Positions 39,813-51,138 of a stretch of 64,000 nucleotides of DNA are shown here, one piece after another. The notes under the pieces are model-generated. The model ran no database searches, had not been told where the DNA came from, and saw nothing but the letters and a program-made list of their open reading frames with translations. The stretch covers positions 224,001 to 288,000 of the forward strand of contig JBMNLZ010000002.1 in the NCBI GenBank assembly GCA_050953065.1, written 5' to 3'. How positions within the stretch are numbered: the first letter of the stretch is position 1; every line of letters begins with the position of its first letter. Both the position numbers and the translations under genes were made by a program. This stretch comes from Bacilli bacterium. Lineage in GTDB: Bacteria; Bacillota_I; Bacilli_A; ML615J-28; CAG-698.

Positions 39813-40839
39813 AAATTTGCTTAATTTAAGAGGTGTTTCTGGAGCTGAAAAAGAAGTTAGAGATTATTTAGAAAAAGAATATAAAAAATATAATGTTGAA
39901 ATAATTAAAGATAATTTAGGTGGTATTTTTGCTTTAAAAAAAGGTAATAAGAATGATTTAAAAATTGTTGTTGCTGCTCATATGGACGAAGTAGGAGCAA
40001 TGGTTAGTAATATTACAAAAGAAGGCTTTATTAAGTTTATTGTAATTGGTGGAGTTTTGCCTGAGGTTTTTCTCTCTCAACATATTGAAATAACTACTAA
40101 AGATGATGAGGTTGTAAAAGGAGTAGTAGCAACAATCCCACCACACTTAAGCAGTGATTCTAAGGAATTAAAAATTGAGGATATGTTTATAGATATTGGA
40201 GCATCTTCTAAACAGGAAGTGCTTGATTTAGGAATTGATATAGGAAGTTTTGTTAACTTTATAAATCAATATTATCATTTAAAAAATCAAGAAAGAATTG
40301 TATCAAAAGCTTGGGATAATAGATTTGGTTGTGCTATGACTATTGATATTTTAGAAAGCATTCAAAATGAAGCTCATGATAATACTTTAATAGTTGGTGC
40401 GACTGTTCAAGAAGAGGTTGGTTTAAGAGGGGCTAAAGTTGCTAGTCAAATGCTAGAGGCTGATATATTTATTGCAGTTGATGCATCTCCTGTTAGTGAC
40501 TTTTTAAATGCACCAGATGGTTTTGGAAAATTAGGCGAGGGCTTTTTGGTTAGGCTTTATGATCCTGGTTATATTATGAACATAAAAGTAAAGGATTATA
40601 TTATTTCTCTTGCTAAGAAAAATAATATTAAATATCAAGAGTTTTTTTCTAAAGGTGGTACTGATGCAGCAGCTGCTCAATATAATTCTAATGTTGCTTT
40701 AACTATAGGATTACCTTGTAGATATATTCATTCAACAGCTTCTATTGCTGATGTAAAAGATATTGAAGCAGTAAAACAAATCATACTAGCAATTATAAAA
40801 GATTTAGATAAAGAAAAGTTTTTAAAAATTAAAAAATAA
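39793..40839 (+). CDS. M42 family aminopeptidase
   Basis: AHMDEVG, KAWDNR, QEEVGLRGA, GGTDA, RYIH. Confidence 0.94.
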   Translation: MDLKHYENLLNLRGVSGAEKEVRDYLEKEYKKYNVEIIKDNLGGIFALKKGNKNDLKIVVAAHMDEVGAMVSNITKEGFIKFIVIGGVLPEVFLSQHIEITTKDDEVVKGVVATIPPHLSSDSKELKIEDMFIDIGASSKQEVLDLGIDIGSFVNFINQYYHLKNQERIVSKAWDNRFGCAMTIDILESIQNEAHDNTLIVGATVQEEVGLRGAKVASQMLEADIFIAVDASPVSDFLNAPDGFGKLGEGFLVRLYDPGYIMNIKVKDYIISLAKKNNIKYQEFFSKGGTDAAAAQYNSNVALTIGLPCRYIHSTASIADVKDIEAVKQIILAIIKDLDKEKFLKIKK

Positions 40840-40853
40840 GGGAGGATTAACAT

Positions 40854-41402
40854 ATGAAGAAAGGTATTATAATTTTAGCGGATCATTTTGAAGATGTTGA
40901 AGCTATTGCTACAATTGATGTTTTAAGAAGAGCAGGTTTAGAGATTACAATGGTGTCTGTTAAAGACACTCTAGACTTAGAAACTCAATCTAAAATTCAA
41001 ATAAAAGCAGAAAAACTGCTTAAAGATGTTGATGTAGTAGATTATGATTTTTTAGTGATACCAGGTGGGAAAGCAGTTAATGAAACTTTAGTTAAAAACG
41101 AAGAATTAACTACTTTAATAAAGGCTTTTGTTTTTGGTGAAAAGCTAGTCGCAACAATTTGTGCTGCACCACTTTTACTTGGTAAGTTAGGCTTTTTCTG
41201 GGATAAAAAATTTACATGTTTTCCAAGTTGTGAGGAAGGTATAACAGGTAAGTATACGGCTAAAGAATTAGAAGTAGCAGATAATTTAATTACTGCAAGA
41301 TCAATGTATTATTCTATGGACTTTGCTATAGCGATAGTTGAATATTTATTAGACAAAGAAAAAGCTAAAGAAGTGATGCAAAGTATTAAAGGATTAAAGT
41401 AA
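40854..41402 (+). CDS. DJ-1/PfpI (ThiJ/YajL) family protein
   Basis: FEDVEA, IPGG, ICAAP. Confidence 0.93.
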   Translation: MKKGIIILADHFEDVEAIATIDVLRRAGLEITMVSVKDTLDLETQSKIQIKAEKLLKDVDVVDYDFLVIPGGKAVNETLVKNEELTTLIKAFVFGEKLVATICAAPLLLGKLGFFWDKKFTCFPSCEEGITGKYTAKELEVADNLITARSMYYSMDFAIAIVEYLLDKEKAKEVMQSIKGLK

Positions 41403-41420
41403 GGCATAATTTATGCCTTA
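41400..41420 (+). terminator. Terminator hairpin
   Basis: taaggcata / tatgcctta followed by T-rich sequence. Confidence 0.6.
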
Positions 41421-41494
41421 TTTTAATTTGATTTTATTTTTAAAAAACTTGAAGAAAAGAACATAATGTGTTAAAATATTAGTAATTATTATTA

Positions 41495-43996
41495 ATGGAG
41501 AATATGATGGCAAAAACAAATCCAAAGGTTTCTTTAAAAAAAGAAACTGTTAAAGAAGAACCTAAAACAATAGAAGACAAAGAAGTTATAACTGAAGAAA
41601 TAGAAACAAAAAAGTCTAAGAAAAAAGGTAAAAAAGAGACTTATGTAATTCCAAGATATAACCCTAAAATTACTGAAGGCTTAACAGAAGAACAAATTGC
41701 TGAAAGAATAGAGCATGGAATTTTAAACGTAAGTGCAATTGAACATGGTAAAAGTGTTTTAAGTATTATCATTACTAATATCTTTACATTCTTTAACCTT
41801 TTATATTTTATCATTACAGTTTTATTAATTATGGCAAAAGAATATAAGAACTTACTTTTCTTAGCGATAATAATACCTAATATTATTATTGGTTTAGTTC
41901 AAGAATTAAAAGCCAAAAGTACGATTAAAAAGTTATCGTTAGTATCTTCTCCAACTGCTGTTGTTATAAGAGGTGGAAAAGAAATAGAAATACCAGTTGA
42001 GGAAGTAGTTTTAGATGATATCATTTATTTAAAAAATGGTAAACAAATCTGTGCTGACAGTGTTGTTTTAGATGGTCAAATCGAAGCTAATGAATCTCTT
42101 TTAACTGGTGAATCTGATGCGATTGTTAAGAAAAAAGGAGACCTTTTATTATCAGGAAGTTTTGTAGTATCAGGAGCATGTTATGCAAGAGCTGATAAGG
42201 TTGGTAAAGATAATTACTTAGAAAAACTTTCTAAAGATGCCAAACAATATCGTAAACCGCGAAGTGAATTAATGAGATCTTTGAAAATTACGATTAAAGT
42301 AATTGCGGTTTTAATTATAATTTTGATTTATCCAATGTATCTAACTAATAGTAGTGGTGGAGCTGATTTTTCTAGTATTGTTACTTCTACGGCCGGTTCT
42401 GTAATTGGGATGATTCCAGCTGGACTTTTCCTACTAACAAGTGTTGCTTTAGCAGTAGGTGTTATTAGACTTGCTAAGAATAATACTTTAGTTCAAGAAC
42501 TATATGGTATTGAAATGTTAGCTAGAGTTGATGTGCTTTGTTTAGATAAGACAGGTACTATTACAGATGGTACAATGAGAGTTTGTGATTGTGTTGAAAT
42601 TAAAAACGAAACTGAATATACAGTAAGAGAAATAATCGGTTCGATGATGAATGCCTTTCAAGATAGAAATCCAACATCTGAGGCTTTGATTAAATATTTT
42701 GATATTAATAAGGTTTTAAAAGCAAAAGAAATTGTTCCTTTTTCTTCTCAAAGAAAATACAGTGCAGTTACTTTTGAAAAGAGTAGTACATTTATAATTG
42801 GTGCCCCAGAAATTGTGTTGGTAGATCAATATCCAAGAGTTAGAAATAAAGTAAATAAATTTGCAGCTCAAGGTTGTAGAGTTTTAGTTTTAGCACAAGC
42901 TGGTTCATCTGTTAAAGAAAAGATTCCAAACAATGCTAAAGCAATTGCTTTAATTGTCATTCAAGATCATATTAGAGAAGATGCTATTGATACTATTCAG
43001 TATTTTAAAAATAATGGAGTAGATGTTAAAGTAATTTCTGGTGATAATCCAACAACAGTCTCAGAAATTGCAATGAGAGTTGGAATTTCTGGTGCTGAAA
43101 GATGTATTAGTTTAGATGGTAAATCAGATGAAGAAGTAAAATCTTTAGCACTAGATTATACTGTTTTTGGAAGGGTTGCTCCAAATCAAAAGAAACTTTT
43201 AGTTCAAGCCTTAAAAGAACATAAAAAAACAGTAGCAATGACAGGAGATGGAGTTAATGATATCCTAGCCTTAAAAGAAGCAGATTGCTCAATTGCAATG
43301 GCATCAGGAAGTGAGGCAACTCGTTTAGTATCCCATCTTGTCTTAATGGATTCAAACTTTGCATCTATGCCTAAGGTTGTAAATGAAGGTAGAAGAGTAA
43401 TTAATAACATTGAAAGAACTTCAACTTTATTCTTAGTTAAAACACTATTTTCAATTTTATTAACAATTCTTTATATTGCTCTTTCAAAACCATATCCATT
43501 CCAACCAAAAGATTTAGCGATGGTTGAATATTTCTGTATTGGAATACCTGCTTTCTTCTTATCGCTTCAACCTAATAATGAAAAGGTAAGAGGACGCTTT
43601 ATTTTAAACGTTTTAAGGAATTCAATTCCTGGAGCTTTAACAGTCTTATCATTCCATTTGATTCTTAACTTTATCAATCAAATCTTTAATATTTTGCCAG
43701 CTAGTATGCAAGTTATTCAAATGAGTCCTGATGAATTTAGAGTTATTATAATTTTAGTAACTACTTTTGTAGTAGGTTTAGTTTTATATGAAGTGTGTAA
43801 ACCATATAACTGGTTTAGAAGAATTTTATTCTTAACAATGATTCTTTTCTGCTTTTTATATTTATTAATATTCTCAGGAATAATGAATATACCACTTGAA
43901 CTTTTAAGCCTACAAAGTGTTTTATTAATGATAATAATGGTATTGATTGCTCATCCGATTATGAAAGGGATTAGGTATCTTTTTAATAAAATATAA
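41495..43996 (+). CDS. Cation-transporting P-type ATPase (CtpE-like)
   Basis: LTGES, DKTGTIT, SGDN, GDGVND. Confidence 0.93.
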   Translation: MENMMAKTNPKVSLKKETVKEEPKTIEDKEVITEEIETKKSKKKGKKETYVIPRYNPKITEGLTEEQIAERIEHGILNVSAIEHGKSVLSIIITNIFTFFNLLYFIITVLLIMAKEYKNLLFLAIIIPNIIIGLVQELKAKSTIKKLSLVSSPTAVVIRGGKEIEIPVEEVVLDDIIYLKNGKQICADSVVLDGQIEANESLLTGESDAIVKKKGDLLLSGSFVVSGACYARADKVGKDNYLEKLSKDAKQYRKPRSELMRSLKITIKVIAVLIIILIYPMYLTNSSGGADFSSIVTSTAGSVIGMIPAGLFLLTSVALAVGVIRLAKNNTLVQELYGIEMLARVDVLCLDKTGTITDGTMRVCDCVEIKNETEYTVREIIGSMMNAFQDRNPTSEALIKYFDINKVLKAKEIVPFSSQRKYSAVTFEKSSTFIIGAPEIVLVDQYPRVRNKVNKFAAQGCRVLVLAQAGSSVKEKIPNNAKAIALIVIQDHIREDAIDTIQYFKNNGVDVKVISGDNPTTVSEIAMRVGISGAERCISLDGKSDEEVKSLALDYTVFGRVAPNQKKLLVQALKEHKKTVAMTGDGVNDILALKEADCSIAMASGSEATRLVSHLVLMDSNFASMPKVVNEGRRVINNIERTSTLFLVKTLFSILLTILYIALSKPYPFQPKDLAMVEYFCIGIPAFFLSLQPNNEKVRGRFILNVLRNSIPGALTVLSFHLILNFINQIFNILPASMQVIQMSPDEFRVIIILVTTFVVGLVLYEVCKPYNWFRRILFLTMILFCFLYLLIFSGIMNIPLELLSLQSVLLMIIMVLIAHPIMKGIRYLFNKI

Positions 43997-44005
43997 ATAA
44001 AAGGT

Positions 44006-44034
44006 TTGCGTTTTATTAGAGAGTGTAGTATAAT
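44006..44034 (+). promoter_or_regulatory. rpsF operon promoter
   Basis: TTGCGT-17 nt-TATAAT. Confidence 0.65.
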
Positions 44035-44053
44035 CCTTAACGGAATAAAAATA

Positions 44054-44100
44054 TCCTTGCTTAAATAAAAAGATTTAAGCCAATATGACCAGAAGGAGGT
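44054..44100 (+). promoter_or_regulatory. Probable S6:S18-binding ribosomal leader
   Basis: tcctt pairs with the SD aagga; inner stem gcttaaat/atttaagc; unpaired CC before the SD; located upstream of rpsF. Confidence 0.65.
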
Positions 44101-44107
44101 GGAAAGA

Positions 44108-44416
44108 ATGAAAGAATACTTAGGTATGTACATCATTCGTCCAAAAGATTTAAATGAAGAAATGGTTGAATCAGTAGTTAGTGATATCAACAAAATTTTC
44201 ACTGACAATGGTAGTGAAGTTCTTGAAGTAAATCAATGGGGAATGAAAGATTTTGCATATGTTATTCAACAAGCAGATGAAAATGGTCTTACTAAATATC
44301 ACAGAGGTTATTATGTGAAATTTAGAGTTAAGGCAACTGAAGTTGCTATTAAAGAATTTTCACGTGTATGTAATATCAGAGAAGACATTTTAAGACATAT
44401 CATTGTTAAAGATTAG
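44108..44416 (+). CDS. rpsF: 30S ribosomal protein S6
   Basis: MYIIRP, WG.K.FAY.I, GYY, ILRHIIV. Confidence 0.95.
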   Translation: MKEYLGMYIIRPKDLNEEMVESVVSDINKIFTDNGSEVLEVNQWGMKDFAYVIQQADENGLTKYHRGYYVKFRVKATEVAIKEFSRVCNIREDILRHIIVKD

Positions 44417-44427
44417 GGAGAAAGAAT

Positions 44428-44886
44428 ATGAATAGAGTAATTTTAACTGGAAGACTAGTAAAAGATCCAGAACTAAAACATACATCAAATAATATTCCTT
44501 ATGTTCAATTTACGATTGCTGTGAATAGACCGTTTGCTGCAAAAGATTCTAACGCGCAACAAGCAGATTTTATCTCTTGTGTTGTTTGGAGACAAGCAGC
44601 TGAAAATTTAGCAAGATATATTAAAAAGGGCGGTTTAATTGGAATAGAAGGAAGAATCCAATCTAGAACTTATGATGATGCTAGTGGAACAAGACAATAT
44701 ACAATGGATGTTGTATGTGATAGTATTGAATTTTTAGAACCAAAGAGTAAGTCTGATTCAAGTGGTGATTATGATTATAGACCACGTTATGAAGAACCAA
44801 AAAGACAAGAACAAAAACAAAGTAAAGATCCATTTGAAAATGTAAAGAGTAACTTTGATATTTCAGATGATGATCTACCATTTTAA
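44428..44886 (+). CDS. ssb: Single-stranded DNA-binding protein
   Basis: MNRVILTGRLVKDPEL; C-terminal DDDLPF. Confidence 0.97.
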   Translation: MNRVILTGRLVKDPELKHTSNNIPYVQFTIAVNRPFAAKDSNAQQADFISCVVWRQAAENLARYIKKGGLIGIEGRIQSRTYDDASGTRQYTMDVVCDSIEFLEPKSKSDSSGDYDYRPRYEEPKRQEQKQSKDPFENVKSNFDISDDDLPF

Positions 44887-44898
44887 GGAGGAAAAATA

Positions 44899-45123
44899 AT
44901 GGCATATTTTCGTGCGAAACGTAAAAAAACTTGCTATTTTACAGATAATAAAGTTGAAAAAATAGACTTTACTGATTATGAATTGTTAAAAAAATTCATC
45001 TCTGATAGAGGAAAGATTTTACCTCGTAGAGTTACAGGAACTAAAGCTATTTATCAAAGAGAATTAGCTGTTGCAATTAAAAGAGCAAGACATATGGCTT
45101 TATTGCCGTTTGTTAAAGAATAG
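44899..45123 (+). CDS. rpsR: 30S ribosomal protein S18
   Basis: [24 protein letters not shown]. Confidence 0.98.
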   Translation: MAYFRAKRKKTCYFTDNKVEKIDFTDYELLKKFISDRGKILPRRVTGTKAIYQRELAVAIKRARHMALLPFVKE

Positions 45124-45131
45124 TAAATTTA

Positions 45132-45156
45132 AAGCCATATCTATCTGATATGGCTT
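45132..45156 (+). terminator. Terminator of the rpsF operon
   Basis: aagccatatc / gatatggctt. Confidence 0.75.
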
Positions 45157-45246
45157 ATATTTTTCTTTTGATTTAATATAAAATCTTTTACTTTACTAAA
45201 GATTATGATATAATAAATTACGTTAATAAGCTAAGAGGTTTTAATT

Positions 45247-47694
45247 ATGAAACAAAAAAACAGAATATTTTGGGCTTTATTAATCATAATAATTTTAGGA
45301 GTAGCGGTATTTATTTATTCGTTATTTAAGGGTGAGGGCAGTTCTTTAATCTCTTATATTTCAATAAGTATTGCTTTAGTAGCTTCTTTAATTCTTAATA
45401 TTACTAATTTCAATTTGAAAAGTCAGAAGAAATTAGAATGGCTAGAAAAAAGAATGGGTTTATGGAATTCCATTTCTTTTCGTGTTCAAAAAGCAGGTGA
45501 GGTTTCATTTAATGAAATTCCGATTGCAATTTTGATTTTTGATAATGATTTTATTATTCAATGGGTTAATAAGTTTGCTAAAGAAATTTTTATGAGTCCC
45601 TTATTAGAAAGAGATATTGAAAACATTAATAAAGAATTAGCTGAAAAGTTAACTAATAAAATTAATGCTTTTGAAATAACTGTATATGGAAGAATTTTTC
45701 ATTGTAGAGTTTTATACGAATTTAATATTATTTACATGACTGATGTTACAGAAAAAATGGTTATTCAAAAACAATACGAAGAAAGAATTCTAGCACTTGG
45801 AATGATTAACTTAGATAATTTAGATGAAGCGTTTGTTTCTTTTGATACAAAAAGTAAAGCATTACACCTTAGTAATATGATTGGGCTTTTAGAAGAGTGG
45901 GCTAATAAATATGATTTTTATATTAAGGGTTATAGTGAAGAACGCTTTTTGATGGTTTTAGATAATTCTCAACTTCAAGAAATCAAAAAAAGTAAATTAG
46001 ATATTTTATCTAGTTTAAAAGAATATTGTATAAAATATAATATTAGAGTCAGTGCTAGTATTGGTATAGCGTGTAAGGATATTGATTCAAGTTCTCTTGC
46101 TGATTTAGCATTAGAACAATTAAATCTAGCAATCTCACGTGGTGGAGATCAAGCAGCGATTTTAGAAAATGATGAAGTAAAATATTATGGTGCTTTAATT
46201 GAAGGCTTTGAAACAATCACGCCACCTTATATTAGAATGAAAGCAGAAGAGTTAAAAGACTTGATGCTTGAAGCATCAAATGTTGTAATTCTTTCTCATA
46301 CTAATATGGATGTAGATGCTTTTGCATCATCCTTAGCAGTTCAAAAGATTGCAATGTCTTTAAATAAACCTTCAAAAATAGTTTTTGAAGAAAATTTAGT
46401 TGATGATACTGTTAAGAATATTTATGAGAATATAAAGCTTTCACATATTAATATTTTTAATTATTTAGTTTCAAGAAAAGAAGCTTTAGCATTAATGGAT
46501 ACATCAACTCTTTTAGTAATAGTTGATTGTCAATATGAGAATATTTTAATGGATGCTAAAGTATATAAAAAAGCTCATAAGATTGCGATAATTGATCATC
46601 ACAGAAGAAATACAAATGCTATTGATAATCAAATATATTCATATATTCAAACATCATCATCATCAAGTGTGGAACTTGTTATTGAGATGATTGGTTTCTT
46701 AGATCCAAGTAAAATTGAGATTTCTCCAATTGAGGCTACTTGGATGCTAATGGGAATTGTCATTGATACTAATTCGTTTACTTATAGAACTTCTCATAGA
46801 ACATTTAATGTACTTGCTACATTAAATAAAATGGGTGCTGATATGGTACTTGCTAAGAGATACTTAAGAGAAGAATATGAATACTTTACTAAAAAAACTG
46901 CATTAATAAAAGATGCATCAATTGTTGCTGATGAGTTTGTTGTAGCAGTTGGAGAAGATGAAATTTACCAACGTAATTTTCTAGCAAAAGTTGCTGATGA
47001 TTTAATAGATATTGATAAGATAAAAGCAGCTTTTTGTATTGGAAAGATTAGTGCTACTGAAATTGGAATAAGTGCCAGAAGCTTAGAAGAATTTAATGTT
47101 CAAGTCTTTATGGAAGAATTAGGTGGTGGTGGGCATTATAATAATGCTGCTGCGCAATTATCTAATTATACGTTAGAAGAAGTTAAAGAATTGTTAATTA
47201 AAAAATTATCTAAAATTAAGGAAGAAGGTAAAAATAGTATGAAGATAATTCTTACAAAAGATGTAAAAGGAAAAGGAAAAGCTAATGATATCATTAATGT
47301 TCCAACTGGACATGCCAATTTCTTAATTAAAAACAATCAAGCAATTGAGGCTACAGTTGATAATATTAAACAATTAGAGTTAAGAAATTTAGAAAACAAA
47401 ATGGCCGAACAAAAACATCTTGAAGAAATGCAAGAGTTAAAAAAACAACTTGAAACTTTAAGTATTAAAGTTGCAGTTAGAGTTGGTCAAAACGGTAAAC
47501 TATTTGGAAGTATTACAAACAAACAAATTGTAGAAGAATTTAAAAAACAACATAATATTGAACTTGAAAAAAGAAAAGTTTTATATGATAAAGATATTGA
47601 ATCTTTAGGAACTTACTCAATTCCAATTCAGCTTCATAAAGATGTACTAGCTAATATTAAAGTTCATGTAGTGGAGATGACGAAAAATGAATGA
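45247..47694 (+). CDS. gdpP: GdpP-type c-di-AMP phosphodiesterase (2 TM-PAS-degenerate GGDEF-DHH-DHHA1) fused in frame to ribosomal protein L9
   Basis: RGGDQ, DVDA, IDHH, VIDT, GGGGH, followed without a stop by [14 protein letters not shown]. Confidence 0.9.
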   Translation: MKQKNRIFWALLIIIILGVAVFIYSLFKGEGSSLISYISISIALVASLILNITNFNLKSQKKLEWLEKRMGLWNSISFRVQKAGEVSFNEIPIAILIFDNDFIIQWVNKFAKEIFMSPLLERDIENINKELAEKLTNKINAFEITVYGRIFHCRVLYEFNIIYMTDVTEKMVIQKQYEERILALGMINLDNLDEAFVSFDTKSKALHLSNMIGLLEEWANKYDFYIKGYSEERFLMVLDNSQLQEIKKSKLDILSSLKEYCIKYNIRVSASIGIACKDIDSSSLADLALEQLNLAISRGGDQAAILENDEVKYYGALIEGFETITPPYIRMKAEELKDLMLEASNVVILSHTNMDVDAFASSLAVQKIAMSLNKPSKIVFEENLVDDTVKNIYENIKLSHINIFNYLVSRKEALALMDTSTLLVIVDCQYENILMDAKVYKKAHKIAIIDHHRRNTNAIDNQIYSYIQTSSSSSVELVIEMIGFLDPSKIEISPIEATWMLMGIVIDTNSFTYRTSHRTFNVLATLNKMGADMVLAKRYLREEYEYFTKKTALIKDASIVADEFVVAVGEDEIYQRNFLAKVADDLIDIDKIKAAFCIGKISATEIGISARSLEEFNVQVFMEELGGGGHYNNAAAQLSNYTLEEVKELLIKKLSKIKEEGKNSMKIILTKDVKGKGKANDIINVPTGHANFLIKNNQAIEATVDNIKQLELRNLENKMAEQKHLEEMQELKKQLETLSIKVAVRVGQNGKLFGSITNKQIVEEFKKQHNIELEKRKVLYDKDIESLGTYSIPIQLHKDVLANIKVHVVEMTKNE
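47239..47694 (+). CDS. rplI: 50S ribosomal protein L9 moiety (possible internal start)
   Basis: [36 protein letters not shown]; GAAGG upstream of ATG 47239. Confidence 0.9.
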   Translation: MKIILTKDVKGKGKANDIINVPTGHANFLIKNNQAIEATVDNIKQLELRNLENKMAEQKHLEEMQELKKQLETLSIKVAVRVGQNGKLFGSITNKQIVEEFKKQHNIELEKRKVLYDKDIESLGTYSIPIQLHKDVLANIKVHVVEMTKNE

Positions 47695-49018
47695 TAAAAT
47701 AAATTCCCCTTTTAATACCCAAGCAGAAATGTTTTTATTAGGCAGTGCTTTACTTGATGAAAAAACAGCAGGTGAGGTACTGGCTTCTTTAAAATTAGAA
47801 GAGTTTTTTGATGTTAAACATAAAAACATTTTTAAAGCAATGGAGTCTGTTATTAATCGAAATGAAAAAATTGATCATAATAGCATTGCTGAAGAATTAT
47901 CTAGATTGGGTTTGTTGATTGAAACAGGTGGTGAGGAATATCTATTAACCTTAATAGATATGGCACCTTCTTATATTGTTTCTGAAAGTTACATTGAATC
48001 AATTAAAGAAAAAGCTTTAGCAAGAAGACTTTTAGAAGTAACAAAGAAAATTTCAGATGATGTTAAAACAGGACCTAAGCCAATTAAAGAAATTTTAGAA
48101 GATTCACTAACTGCAGTTAGTGAAGTTGTTGCTCATAGAAAAACTACAAACTTTGTTGAAGTTGGAACTGTTGCTGATGAGGTTTTGGAAAAAATTGAAA
48201 ATTTAAGAAAAAACAAAGAAGAACTTACTGGAATTGATACAGGCTTTACTAAACTAAATGATCTAACAAATGGCTTTCAAAATGGTGAGTTAATCATCCT
48301 TGCTGCAAGACCTTCTTTAGGTAAATCAACGATGGCTTTAAATATCGCAACTCATGTTTGTAAAGCAACTTCTAAAGCAGTAGCTTTTTTCTCGCTTGAA
48401 ATGGGAAATCAACAACTTGTAATGAGAATTCTAAGTAATGTTTCATCAGTTAAATTAAATGATATTAAGAAGGGTAAATTAACAGATGAAGAAATAGCTT
48501 CAGTTTATTATGCTAAAAACCAAATTTCAAAATATAATTTATATTTATATGATTCATATTTTACTGATATTCAAGATATACGTCTTAGTTGCCAAAAGTT
48601 AAAACGTGATGGTAAATTAGATTTACTAATTATTGACTATATGCAATTAATTACAGCTGATGGAAAAAACAGATATGAACAAGTAAGTAAGATTTCTAGA
48701 ATGTTAAAAGTTTTAGCTAGAGAATTAGATATCCCAGTAATTGCTTTATCTCAATTATCAAGAGAAATTGAAAAACGTGATAAAGAGAATCGTTTACCGA
48801 TGTTAGCGGACTTAAGAGAATCAGGAAGTATTGAACAAGATGCTGATATCGTAATGTTTTTACATAAAAAAGCTCTACCTAAAACAGATGATGAAACAGT
48901 AAAAAGACTTAATTCAAGAATTGAATTATTAATACTTAAAAACAGACAAGGACCAACAGGAGAAGTACCTTTAATCTTTAAAGGTAATACTTGTTCATTT
49001 AGTCAATACGAAGGATAA
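47687..49018 (+). CDS. dnaB: Replicative DNA helicase
   Basis: [44 protein letters not shown]. Confidence 0.97.
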   Translation: MNDKINSPFNTQAEMFLLGSALLDEKTAGEVLASLKLEEFFDVKHKNIFKAMESVINRNEKIDHNSIAEELSRLGLLIETGGEEYLLTLIDMAPSYIVSESYIESIKEKALARRLLEVTKKISDDVKTGPKPIKEILEDSLTAVSEVVAHRKTTNFVEVGTVADEVLEKIENLRKNKEELTGIDTGFTKLNDLTNGFQNGELIILAARPSLGKSTMALNIATHVCKATSKAVAFFSLEMGNQQLVMRILSNVSSVKLNDIKKGKLTDEEIASVYYAKNQISKYNLYLYDSYFTDIQDIRLSCQKLKRDGKLDLLIIDYMQLITADGKNRYEQVSKISRMLKVLARELDIPVIALSQLSREIEKRDKENRLPMLADLRESGSIEQDADIVMFLHKKALPKTDDETVKRLNSRIELLILKNRQGPTGEVPLIFKGNTCSFSQYEG

Positions 49019-49022
49019 AAAA

Positions 49023-50084
49023 ATGATTGCTAGACTTAATGCCATTGAAGAAAAATATAATCAAATAAACAAAGAATTAACATTGCCAGATGTTGTAAGT
49101 GATGTTAGTAAAATGACTGCACTTTTAAAAGAAGTAAAATCTTTAGAAAAAACTGTCATAACATATCAAAAGTATAAAAAAGTACTTAATGAAATTGAAG
49201 GATTAAATGAATTATTAGATGATCCTGAAATGGAAGAAATGGCTTCTTTAGAGTTAGAAGAAAAACGTTTAGAACAAGAAAACTTAGAAGAAGAATTAGA
49301 GATACTTTTAATTCCAAAAGATCCAAATGATGATAAGAACGTTATTGTTGAAATAAGAGGTGCAGCTGGTGGAGATGAGGCTAACCTTTTTGCCGGGGAC
49401 TTATTTAGAATGTATTGTAAGTATGCTGAAGGTAGAGATTGGAAAATTGAAGTTTCAACTGCTCTAGAAACTGGACTTGGAGGTTTCTCTCAAATCGAGT
49501 TTATGATTAAAGGAGATAGTGTTTATTCTTTTTTAAAGTATGAATCAGGAGCACATAGAGTTCAAAGAATACCTCAAACTGAATCTCAAGGAAGAATTCA
49601 TACTTCAACTGCTACAGTTTTAGTAATGCCTGAGGCTGACTCAATAGATTTTGAACTTGATTTAAATGAAGTAAGAATTGATATATTTTGTTCTTCTGGT
49701 CCTGGTGGACAAAGTGTTAACACTACAAAGTCTGCTGTTAGAGTAACGCACATTCCAACGGGAACCATGGCCCAATGTCAAGATGCTAAAAGTCAACATG
49801 AAAATAAAGCGAACGCTTTAAAAATCTTACAAGCTCGTTTGTTTGATAAACTAAATCAAGAAAGAGAAGAAAAGTTAGGTCAAGAAAGATTATCTAAGAT
49901 AGGTCATGGGGATAGGAGTGAAAAGATTAGAACATATAATTATCCTCAAAATAGAGTAACAGATCATCGTATAGGATTTACTATCCAACAATTAGATAGA
50001 GTTATGGAAGGAAAATTAGAACCGATTATAGAAGCCTTAATCGCAGAGGATCAAAAACTAAAATTACAAGGGAAAAAAGAATAG
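49023..50084 (+). CDS. prfA: Peptide chain release factor 1
   Basis: QRIPQTE (PxT), GPGGQ, RTYNYPQNR. Confidence 0.97.
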   Translation: MIARLNAIEEKYNQINKELTLPDVVSDVSKMTALLKEVKSLEKTVITYQKYKKVLNEIEGLNELLDDPEMEEMASLELEEKRLEQENLEEELEILLIPKDPNDDKNVIVEIRGAAGGDEANLFAGDLFRMYCKYAEGRDWKIEVSTALETGLGGFSQIEFMIKGDSVYSFLKYESGAHRVQRIPQTESQGRIHTSTATVLVMPEADSIDFELDLNEVRIDIFCSSGPGGQSVNTTKSAVRVTHIPTGTMAQCQDAKSQHENKANALKILQARLFDKLNQEREEKLGQERLSKIGHGDRSEKIRTYNYPQNRVTDHRIGFTIQQLDRVMEGKLEPIIEALIAEDQKLKLQGKKE

Positions 50085-50106
50085 GTTAAAAAATGCCTAT
50101 TCTTTT
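50073..50106 (+). terminator. Terminator-like hairpin after prfA
   Basis: aaagaatagg / cctattcttt. Confidence 0.55.
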
Positions 50107-50118
50107 TAAAAAGTTTAT

Positions 50119-51135
50119 ATGGAAAAAGTAAAAACAGAAATTAATTTAAATAACTTAGTAGAAAATGCTTTAAAAATAAAAAGCATTAGTAAAAAAGATT
50201 TAATTGCTGTAGTAAAAAGCAATGCTTATGGTTTTGGTTGTTTTGAAGTAGTGGATGCCTTAAGAAAAGCAGGTGTTAATTATTTCGCAGTTTTAGATTT
50301 TAAAGAAGCTAAAACTTTATTAGAAAAAGAAATAGAAGAAAACATTCTTTTACTTAATAGTATCGATGAAGAAGATTATTATGAAATAAAAAAACATAAT
50401 AATATTGTTTTAAGTGTTAATAATCTTAACGATGCAATTCTTTTAAACAAGATAATTGAAAGTAAAAGAAGAGTCCACATTCAAATAGACACTGGAATGA
50501 GGCGGCTTGGTGCTAAAACAAAAGTTGAATTTAATGAGATTAAAGAAATTTTACTTAAGAATCCTTTTATTGAAATAGAAGGAGTCTATACTCATTTTTG
50601 CGGGGTAGAAAGTGCCACTAAACAACTTGAAAGATTTAAAAACATACTAAAAAAAGATAATTATAAAATGATTCATTGTGCTGCTTCTTGTACAATGGAT
50701 AAAATTGATTTTGGAAATTATGTAAGAGTAGGTCTAGCATTATATGGAGCGCTTAGTGGAATGAAAAACATTATAACAGTTAAAGTAAAACCTCTTACCA
50801 TAAATTCTTTAGAAAAAAATACAACGCTTGGTTATTTAGAAGCATATAAAACTTCTAAAAAAGAAAGAATTGCTGTTTTACCAGTAGGATATGCTGATGG
50901 ATTTTTTCAAGCTTTTCAAAATTTAGAAGTTTATGTAGGAGAAAAGAGTTTTAATGTAGTTGGCAGGATTTGTATGAATCATATTTATGTAAGAGTAGAT
51001 GATGATATAACTCTTGATTCAGAGTTTGTTTTAATTTCAGAAAAAAATCCAATTTATAAATTAAGCCAGATTCATAAGATTAGTCCATATGAAATATGTA
51101 CTGGGCTTAATATGAAAAAAACATATAAGTGGTAA
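50119..51135 (+). CDS. alr: Alanine racemase
   Basis: AVVKSNAYG, DTGMRRLG, THF, GYADG, GRICMN. Confidence 0.9.
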   Translation: MEKVKTEINLNNLVENALKIKSISKKDLIAVVKSNAYGFGCFEVVDALRKAGVNYFAVLDFKEAKTLLEKEIEENILLLNSIDEEDYYEIKKHNNIVLSVNNLNDAILLNKIIESKRRVHIQIDTGMRRLGAKTKVEFNEIKEILLKNPFIEIEGVYTHFCGVESATKQLERFKNILKKDNYKMIHCAASCTMDKIDFGNYVRVGLALYGALSGMKNIITVKVKPLTINSLEKNTTLGYLEAYKTSKKERIAVLPVGYADGFFQAFQNLEVYVGEKSFNVVGRICMNHIYVRVDDDITLDSEFVLISEKNPIYKLSQIHKISPYEICTGLNMKKTYKW

Positions 51136-51138
51136 AAT

